A DNA stretch of 63,968 bases, filler included, from Octopus bimaculoides (Eukaryota): assembly GCF_001194135.2 (NCBI RefSeq). It is 9 parts of 8 records of this genome, joined end to end, with 100 filler letters (N's around TTAATTAATTAA, not from the genome) between each part and the next. Parts side by side here need not be neighbours in the genome. Positions count along the whole stretch, not along the records: positions 53,788 to 55,074 come from NC_068983.1; positions 55,175 to 62,317 come from NC_068994.1; positions 62,418 to 63,968 come from NW_026424559.1; 6 more parts are not named here. One strand, given 5' to 3'. Position numbers and translations under genes: made by a program. This document shows, piece after piece, positions 54,786 to 63,968 of this stretch (the first letter of the stretch is position 1; every line of letters begins with the position of its first letter). Below the pieces are notes generated by a model, which saw only the letters and a program-made list of their open reading frames with translations, made no database searches and had not been told where the DNA came from.

Positions 54786-54951
54786 ATAGCAATAATAAGA
54801 AGAGAAATTAATTAGTAGCAATGAAGGTATCGCTTCTTATGTATTTGTTTGCACAGATATAAAAAGGCATAGCAATAATAAGAAGAGAAATTAATTAGTA
54901 GCAATGAAGGTATCGCTTCTTATGTATTTGTTTGCACAGATATAAAAAGGC
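54786..54951. repeat. Perfect 83-bp tandem duplication
   Basis: 54786-54868 equals 54869-54951 (atagcaataataagaagag...gatataaaaaggc). Confidence 0.95.
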
Positions 54952-55178
54952 TTCAAATTCTTCTAAGTTATTTCATTTAACTCCCTTGTGAAAGACTTTT
55001 TATTCTGTAAATAAATAGATGAATAAATAATTATATAAACAAGAAAACAACCAAGCAGTCACTACTTCTGCCTANNNNNNNNNNNNNNNNNNNNNNNNNN
55101 NNNNNNNNNNNNNNNNNNTTAATTAATTAANNNNNNNNNNNNNNNNNNNNNNNNNNNNNNNNNNNNNNNNNNNNAAAA

Positions 55179-55227
55179 CTAACCCTAACTCTAAAACCCG
55201 AACCCTAACCCTAAAACCCTAAAGCTA
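55179..55227. repeat. Degenerate telomere-like (CCCTAA)n tract
   Basis: ctaaccctaactctaaaacccgaaccctaaccctaaaaccctaaagctaa next to a gap. Confidence 0.7.
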
Positions 55228-55650
55228 AAATCAGTACAAACGCACGAACGATGTCATAAATAACAGTGACAAACGAAATATATACCGCTGATAGTTGTTG
55301 TTGACAACGGATAGTTTTTGTTGACAAACAACGGCACTAATTTTATCCAAGGGAAAAGATCCCCTGACACCGTTGTTTACATTCCACGGCGTAATAGATT
55401 TCACCTCAATAGACGTCAGTGACTAGTTGAAATTACCGAAATACGACAATTTTTTTACATGAAATAACTTCGAATACAAAATTTTTTATCTGTTCTATAA
55501 CACAAAATATACAAGTATTTGAAGTTTGAAAGTGTTTCGGTACCAAAAACACTACATAAAAAAATGTTGGCCGTCAAACCATAAAGATCCATATCTTCAT
55601 CATATAAATAGTTATTGCATCTTTTTTGTCTCATTATTATGAAGACATAA

Positions 55651-55805
55651 GACCTAGTGGATAGCGTGTCGGACTCACGGTCACGAATACGATTCTCGGA
55701 CCAGGAGATGTGTTGAGCAAGGCATTTCATTCCGTGTAATTCCAGCACGTTCAGTTGGAATTGATTACCAGCGAGGTTAACCCTGCAACGAACAGGCGGC
55801 GACCT
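55651..55805 (+). mobile_element. SINE family 3 (tRNA head plus CORE-like segment), degenerate
   Basis: A-box-like cctagtggatagc, B-box-like acgattctcgg, then gtgttgagcaaggcatttcatt...ccag...cagttgg...accctgcaacgaac. Confidence 0.6.
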
Positions 55806-57987
55806 GTTTTGGCAAATGTCTTTTACTTTCAGCTTGAACGCCTTAACAATACAGATAAGCTTCGACCTAATGAGCCTGTATGCTTGAGGCAGGCATTAAA
55901 TATGATAGCACTAGCTTAACTGTTATTTTTTGAATGAATGATATCTCTGAGTAATTTTCCTTTGTCCTTGTGAATGTGGTTAATCTGATTATTAGTTAAC
56001 AGTGGTTTAGAGCAGTGGGCCTCAAACTGACAAAAAATATGGTAAATTATTGATATGATCTTCACCAATAGTCTGTCACTTGCCTATCTATATCGCCCCT
56101 ATCTGGCACAAGGTCAACAGTTTCTGTTCCATCTCATACAGCACATATGCATATTTATCGGTTTTAATGACATATAGAAGATCAGCTCTGATCCGGAGTA
56201 TACGTAGTTCAAATCCACTATCATGTCACCCCGTGGAGTCAGATCATTGCGTGTTTTACACGTTCCTTTTATTGCTCTCGTCGACATTCTTTTGTTTCTG
56301 CTATCTTTTTCCTTTTTCTCTGCAACTGTCCGCTGCTCCTTTCCAGCCACTATTTCGCCATCATTGTTGCAAATGAAATTAGTATCGTCCGCTTCTAGAG
56401 TCGAGAATGAGGCGATCGTCACTATTTCTGGAGCTTTGCCTGATGGCATTATCAGAATAACCGGTTCAGGGACCGACTAGTGTTGTTGCTGTTTCTGCTG
56501 CTGCTCGCTGCTCTCTTTCTCTGTTTTTCCAGCTCTTCGAGACAGAAGGCCTTCAAATGGTTTTGCTGACACAAAGTAACAGCTAGGTCTTCTGTACTAC
56601 ATTGTACTATCAATTTCGAGGCGCAGCTTTGGATTGGCCCCATGGTTTTGAAGAGTTACAAAGACTTGCTATACCCCACTATGCTGATACCCCACCTCTC
56701 GGGACAACATATCATTCCTTGCCACCATCGCAATCACAATATGCTCCGACTGTCCCCTTTGCGTTATGTTTGGACGAGTGTGTATGGACGACTGTGTATC
56801 TCTGCTTGACGTGTTGCCTTATACTTGGTCCTAGACATTACTGAAGGCTTTTCTTCATTCAATTGATAAAATATGCTGTCATTGTTGAGCGAGTCATCAG
56901 AATTATCAAATAAGTATTATTAAAAAATTATATCATTATATTTATATTTCAAAACTTCGTGGTGTGTTTTACAATACTTATGCCTTGTTTTGCTACTTTC
57001 TGATGGTTTTCCATACAGTTATTAAGGATTTCATTTTGGGAGGTGTCTCTCTCTGACATTTTAAGGTGCTGAAAGTTGGTCAAAGAAAATAAAGACAGAA
57101 AAGAAAAGAATTAATTTTTAGATAAAGATCGAATGTAGGAGAAAATCGCCCTGCTCACCCTTCTTTGAATCGATTCGAACGAATTAACATAGAAANNNNN
57201 NNNNNNNNNNNNNNNNNNNNNNNNNNNNNNNNNNNNNNNNNNNNNNNNNNNNNNNNNNNNNNNNNNNNNNNNNNNNNNNNNNNNNNNNNNNNNNNNNNNN
57301 NNNNNNNNNNNNNNNNNNNNNNNNNNNNNNNNNNNNNNNNNNNNNNNNNNNNNNNNNNNNNNNNNNNNNNNNNNNNNNNNNNNNNNNNNNNNNNNNNNNN
57401 NNNNNNNNNNNNNNNNNNNNNNNNNNNNNNNNNNNNNNNNNNNNNNNNNNNNNNNNNNNNNNNNNNNNNNNNNNNNNNNNNNNNNNNNNNNNNNNNNNNN
57501 NNNNNNNNNNNNNNNNNNNNNNNNNNNNNNNNNNNNNNNNNNNNNNNNNNNNNNNNNNNNNNNNNNNNNNNNNNNNNNNNNNNNNNNNNNNNNNNNNNNN
57601 NNNNNNNNNNNNNNNNNNNNNNNNNNNNNNNNNNNNNNNNNNNNNNNNNNNNNNNNNNNNNNNNNNNNNNNNNNNNNNNNNNNNNNNNNNNNNNNNNNNN
57701 NNNNNNNNNNNNNNNNNNNNNNNNNNNNNNNNNNNNNNNNNNNNNNNNNNNNNNNNNNNNNNNNNNNNNNNNNNNNNNNNNNNNNNNNNNNNNNNNNNNN
57801 NNNNNNNNNNNNNNNNNNNNNNNNNNNNNNNNNNNNNNNNNNNNNNNNNNNNNNNNNNNNNNNNNNNNNNNNNNNNNNNNNNNNNNNNNTATATATATAT
57901 ATACAAATATACACACACACACATACATACATACATGCATACATACATGCATACATACAAACACATACATACACACACACGCACGTA

Positions 57988-58770
57988 GGGTACGATGGAT
58001 AAATTGTCACCATTTTGTCTTTTTAATTTCGCGCATGCACATTGTCTGTTTTTGATTTTGTTGACTACACAGTATAGTAGGGTCAGCTGGACACCCTATG
58101 TGAGAAAAACACCACTATGACGCAATTAACTCTGCCATAAATTTGGAAACGACATGCTGTACTGCTTGACATTCGTACCGGAAGCTCCAATACAAACATT
58201 TCAGAGTGTTTGGGTGTCAATCTGAGGACATGTAACGAGAGTGATAAAAATCAAATCAAGCATCTAGTCAACACCAAGGTGTTTGGAGTGATCACTAGTG
58301 ATGGCGATGTTGTCCCTCCATTCATCTCCCCACATGGCATCAGACTCAACACGGAGGCCTACATCAAGTGCATGGAGAAGGTAGTGCTGCCCTGGGTCAA
58401 GTGGGTGACTGCTGGAAGACCCTATGTCTGGCAACAGGATTCTGCACTATGCCACACAAGCAGGAGAACCCAGTCATGGCTGTCAGACAATTTCTGCGAC
58501 CATATCACCCCTAACATCTGGTCACCTAACTCCCCAGACAGCAACCGCCTTGATTATTATGTGTGGGGTGCAGTTGAGCGAGAGACTAACAAAACTCCTT
58601 ATAACCCCAAAGGCAAGGATTATGGTAGCATTCATCAACTTAAACAAGGAGATTGCAGGAGATTCTGAAGTCGTCTGGAGGCTATGGCTAAAGCCAAAGT
58701 CGATTTAATTGAATAACTTTACTCTTTAGTCAAATGAGATGTCAGTGTTATTTTCATTCACCGCACCCTG
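57988..58770 (+). mobile_element. Tc1/mariner DD37D (maT-type) transposon, internally deleted, transposase pseudogene
   Basis: N-terminus from ATG 58117 (MTQLTLP*IWKRHAVLL...NISECLGVNLRT), then VFGVITSDG...YVWQQDSALCH...WSPNSPDSNRLDYYVWG with 37 residues between the second and third catalytic D; TA-flanked imperfect termini gggtacgatggataaa / ttcattcaccgcaccctg. Confidence 0.85.
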
Positions 58771-58822
58771 TATGTATGTATGTATGTATGTATGTATGTA
58801 TGTATGTATGTATGTATGTATG

Positions 58823-58869
<47 letters not shown>

Positions 58870-59374
58870 NNNNNNNNNNNNNNNNNNNNNNNNNNNNNNN
58901 NNNNNNNNNNNNNNNNNNNNNNNNNNNNNNNNNNNNNNNNNNNNNNNNNNNNNNNNNNNNNNNNNNNNNNNNNNNNNNNNNNNNNNNNNNNNNNNNNNNN
59001 NNNNNNNNNNNNNNNNNNNNNNNNNNNNNNNNNNNNNNNNNNNNNNNNNNNNNNNNNNNNNNNNNNNNNNNNNNNNNNNNNNNNNNNNNNNNNNNNNNNN
59101 NNNNNNNNNNNNNNNNNNNNNNNNNNNNNNNNNNNNNNNNNNNNNNNNNNNNNNNNNNNNNNNNNNNNNNNNNNNNNNNNNNNNNNNNNNNNNNNNNNNN
59201 NNNNNNNNNNNNNNNNNNNNNNNNNGATTAACCATTTACACAGGCCCTGAAAAAAAGATATGGGTGTGGCTTTTCCTCCTTTGACGACGATATGAAATTA
59301 AAATTAGTAAAATTATTAGAAACATTTAAGGCTAGTATAATAATTGCTTGTAATTTAGGCATGAAACTGATTTT

Positions 59375-59555
59375 GAAAACAGTAGGGGGCTAATTAATAC
59401 AAACGACCTTAGTACTTCACGGTTTATTTTATTGTTGTCGAACAATGAACGGTAAAGTTGATCACGGTGGGATTTGAATAAATAACGTAAAGAACTGCAA
59501 TATATAGCCAGAGCATTTTCCCATCGTTCAAACGATTCTGCCAGTTCTTCGCCTT
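59375..59555 (-). mobile_element. SINE family 2, old degenerate copy
   Basis: ggtaaagttgatcacggtgggatttgaa...aacgtaaaga...gcattttcccatcgttcaaacgattctgccagttcttcgcc. Confidence 0.7.
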
Positions 59556-60002
59556 CACACATGTGTCATAATGAATTACTTTACAGGGGAATATAGAAGA
59601 AAAATTGAAAGTATACCTATGATGGCGCAATAAGGGAGTAATATTTGACAAGGAAATTTAAACTATATACTTACAAACAATTTTCCATTCACAGTTACCA
59701 TCTTCGTTGTGGACGGTTGTTAATGTGTAGAACTCGAGCGTGTCATAATGTATCAATGTAAGATTCACCTGGAGAATAACAAATCATACCAAAGTTAGCT
59801 GGGTGTATGTATGTATGTATGTATGTATGTATGTAGACGTACATCCACATATACATACAAACAGATACACACGTACATAAACACACATACAGGGGAGCAT
59901 GGGACCATATGCATACATACACATAGAGAAACCCAAACACACAAACATATATTCATTCACATATCTATATATACATCTAATTATTAAACAATTATTAAAG
60001 TG

Positions 60003-60040
<38 letters not shown>

Positions 60041-60464
60041 AATTCAAATAAATTATCATTATCTTCAAAAAATAATGATAAAGTGGTCACTATATGGTAA
60101 TGCATATCTTATTGCAGAGAAGCTCAAAGATGGACTTTGAACTTCTCTGAATTAAGACCTGAAATATAAGATCTTTTCCCTGAAGACGGAGGCTCGTCTC
60201 ATCCTGTGTGAAATGCACCCATACATCCGCATTTTCTGATGGACTAAATCTACAAACATTATTATGGATCGCCGAGCCTCAGAAACAGCAGTTGGACTTG
60301 TAACACCTCTCTTCCACCCCTTTAATTTTTCTCTGTCATTAGTACTCTGTGCAAGTTGGACGTCAAAAACTCACTCTTCTTATTGACCTTCACACTCATA
60401 CATTTCATGTGCACATTCTCTTGTTTTGTTATTGTTATTTTTAATGTACGTTTATTCAATTTGA

Positions 60465-60528
<64 letters not shown>

Positions 60529-60545
60529 GTGTGTGTGTGTGTATA

Positions 60546-62273
60546 CTCTTTTACTCGTTTCAATCATGCTGGAGCATCTCTGTGGTTTTTCTGATTTCCT
60601 CAGTCTGGGCTGCTTCACTCCTGTATGTGTCTTTGTCCAAGCTGTTGTCCCATTCAATGTATAAGGGAGTTTGATTCCGTTGCCCCCGACTGCACCTCAT
60701 GTCGGGCTGTTGATTCATCCGGTATTGCGGAGAGGAAGATGTCTAGTTTCTTTTTGAAAACATCTACTTCCATCTTATGTAAATTTCATAATTTCTGTGA
60801 CAGGGCATTGAAGAACTGTGGGACTTTGAACCCTAGACTATTGCAGTATCTGACCCTGAATTTAGATGGAGTGGATGGTACCTTTGGTACGATACAACGG
60901 TGGCTAGTTCTGGCATTTGTATAACATTCAATACTGAAATTAGGTACTAGCCCTTCTAGAGTTTTCCATATGTAAATTTTTGCATATTCTTTCGCCTTCG
61001 ATCCAAAGAGTAAAGTTGCAGTTTTCTCAGCCTATCCCTGTAGCTCATCCGATGCACTGTTTCAATCTTCTTAGTGTAGTGGCGTTGAACTGCTTCAAGC
61101 TCTGCTGTTAGTTTGGCACTATGTAGTAACCGTAACTGAGAGCAGTAGTCCAGGCACCTGAGAACAAAGGCACTCCGCAGGGTTATCATAGTTTCTTGGT
61201 CTCTTGTCTTGAAGGACCTCGGTATCTATCCTGCCAGTTGTTTGCATTTTGCTGCCATCTTGGTAACGTACATGTAAAATGTTGCATCATTGTACATACT
61301 GATCTAAAAGTCTTTCACTGCCAGTGACTCTGGATTGCAGTGCTTTCAGATCCTGTATATGCAGGCTGTAGTGCATTCGTGAGTTGACAGTGCAATGCTT
61401 GAAATTTTCCAGCATTAAACTGCATGTTGCTTAATTCGGCCCGCTTCTATATCGAATTCAGGTCCTGCTGTAAGCTTGCGACGTCATCTTGATTTTTTAT
61501 TGTTTGTAATAATTTTGTGTCATCAGCGCAGCTAGTGACAGTGGCTGTCTGATTGACCGTGTACATGTCTAAGAGGGCTATTATGAACAGTAATGGCACC
61601 AGAACAGTTCCCTGGAGGACACCGCTTAAGATTTGAGTTTCCACAGAAAAGTCACCATTGGCTGCAACTACCTGACATCTGTCTTTAAGGAAGTCATACA
61701 GCCACTCTCCCAGTTTACCATTAAGGTCTCGTAGCTTATGACATATCATGGCATGATTTACCTTATCAAATGCCTTTGCAAAGTCAAGGTATATCACGCT
61801 GATATCTCTATGGTCAAACAGCTATTTCAAAACCAGTCATAGTGTTGTAGGAGTTGTGTGATGCAGCTTCTTCCTGGACGGAAGCCATGCTGTGTATTGT
61901 TTAGTAGGTCATTTTCTTCTAGAAACGTTATCAACTTCTTTCTAATGATTCGCTCCTTACTGATTTGTGAAGTCAGAGAGATTGCTCTGTAGTGTTTGGC
62001 CTCTGCTCTGCTTCCACCTTTATGGATATGGCTTTTTAGGAAGTATACCACTTGCTAGGAAACTTTGGAAAAGTATCTGAAGTAGTTTCGCTAAAGCCTT
62101 TTTAAATTGTTCTCTGAGTATCTCACTTATCCTTCCTGGGTCCACTGTCAGTGAGTCATTCCCTTGAAACAATGGTCCTATTGTATATTGTATTGTGGCT
62201 GTTTCCTTTGTGAATTATAAATTCGCAAAGGAAACAGCTCTGGGATTTGCTTTTTATGCTTTCTACAGCTCTC

Positions 62274-62275
<2 letters not shown>
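60546..62275 (-). mobile_element. CR1-like LINE, 5'-truncated ORF2 (reverse transcriptase) plus 3' UTR/tail, pseudogenised
   Basis: HYRAISLTS, QHGFRPGRSCITQLL, IYLDFAKAFDKVNH, SGVLQGTVLVPLLF, SCADDTK, LDYCSQL, LEAVQRHYTK, LYSLDRRR, RYCNSLGFK; frameshifts and stops. Confidence 0.92.
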
Positions 62276-62317
<42 letters not shown>

Positions 62318-63968
62318 NNNNNNNNNNNNNNNNNNNNNNNNNNNNNNNNNNNNNNNNNNNNTTAATTAATTAANNNNNNNNNNNNNNNNNNNNNNNNNNN
62401 NNNNNNNNNNNNNNNNNAAGAATACTCAAAACATAAAACACTATGAACATAGATTTTAGAATTTTTCTACTCCGTATTTCGTGTTACCGCTTTGTGGCAC
62501 GACTAAATATTTACAATGATATCCACGTTTATATAGCAATGAAAATACACGCATGATAAATGATGAAATGCTAATTTTGAAACCCTCGTAGTGCAAATTT
62601 AGCAGTATTTAAAACAGGATTGCCGAAAAGCATCAAGTTATGAGAGAATTGATGAAATTTAGAACACAATGATTCACAAATCTATGAGAGAAAAATATTC
62701 AAGTAGGAAAGAAGGAATGGACATAGAACAAAAGGAGAAGGAATGAAAAGAAGGGAGGAATATTTTTTAAAAAATTAAAGAACAATGAGAAAGGAAAGTA
62801 TGAAGGGAACCATAAAAAATGGAAATAAAATGGTTTTAGTTACGGAGATTGTAACTTTCTCACCGATTTAATATAAATTAAGATATCCTTATAGAATTCA
62901 GACGATATAAGTTTGCATACATACGCATACATGTATGTATACACATAAACATGACACTTTTCCTTGTTTTAGATTTTGGTTTGCTATCATACTGGTTCAC
63001 TACTGTGAATTGTTTTAGTCGGACCTCTACATTACAGGGCATAAACGAATGCATAGCTTTGTCAAGCAGTGTCAGGGTAAAGACAGTCATAAATACAGAC
63101 ATATACAAATGCACACACAGACATACATCATATTCACGGATGCCTGGATGGATGGATAGATAGATAGATAGATAGNNNNNNNNNNNNNNNNNNNNNNNNN
63201 NNNNNNNNNNNNNNNNNNNNNNNNNNNNNNGAGAGAGAGAGAGAGAGATTTATCGTGTTGTCGCAGGGTTTAACTTGCGAAGCTATTATCTTCCCTAAGT
63301 TACTGTTGAAGACACTTGCCCTAGATGCTAAGTAGAATGAGAGAGCTCGAAATTGTGGAAGTGCGAAGCGACTTTCAAGTGGACCTCGCTAAGATCACCA
63401 AAGCTGCCAGGTGGTGAGGTTAAACACCTCAATGGATTAAGACAACTACATACCGGGATTTAACTTAGTGTGCAAAGAGTCAGAATGAATACCGTTAGGT
63501 ATCTGGTCCAATAACCATAATGGTAATGCCAAACCAACTTCCGGCATTGGTATTCTTTCATCGACCCCGAAATGAAGAACTTGATCTGAGAGAAGAGAAA
63601 GTCGGAAAAAATTCCACGAAACACTCATCAGTACGCTAATAGCGACCCTGCTATTCCTCTGTCATCAATTTAAACACAAATCTTGTATTTGCTTTTTACG
63701 GTTCTATGCTATACTGGACGTCGGACAGTCTTATGGCGGTCGCTTACATTATTAATCTAAAAAAGAAAATGCAAAGCGCTTGCACAACGATTTTTTCCAA
63801 AACAAAGGGACCTATGGAACGTCCCACCACGTGACGTTTCTTAGACAGAAAGAGATTAACTGACTTCAGTAATTAACTGGTACATCATCTAGCGACTCCG
63901 TAAGGAGGATGGTCGTAGCTGACTTAGTGGGACTTGAAATCAGAGTATGGAAAGCCGGAACATGGATC

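Overview
Eukaryotic, AT-rich, gap-ridden draft-assembly sequence dominated by microsatellites and decayed mobile elements. The tRNA/CORE-type SINE families and extreme microsatellite load suggest an octopus (coleoid cephalopod) genome; this is inference, not a database result. No intact protein-coding gene, structural RNA gene or CRISPR array can be supported, and almost all ORF-track entries are microsatellite or N-gap artefacts. Identifiable content: (i) two CR1-like LINE 3' remnants; (ii) four R4/Dong-like RLE retrotransposon relics clustered at 30.7-37.2 kb, one embedded in (TAA)n; (iii) RTE relics; (iv) a DD37D (maT-type) Tc1/mariner and a pogo/Tigger relic; (v) many copies of three SINE families. 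The most interesting signals are a ~600 bp fold-back inverted repeat directly followed by a Penelope-type minimal hammerhead ribozyme whose stem II loop is a 91-nt AT-rich/microsatellite expansion, two further degenerate hammerhead motifs, a 3' tail shared between SINE family 1 and the CR1-like LINE, and SINE tails fused into other SINE heads at the same TAAGAA motif. A repeat-poor island at 14.6-21.7 kb and a segment at 38.4-45.7 kb contain candidate exons of unidentified host genes (low confidence). The TTAATTAATTAA strings inside N gaps are assembly linkers.
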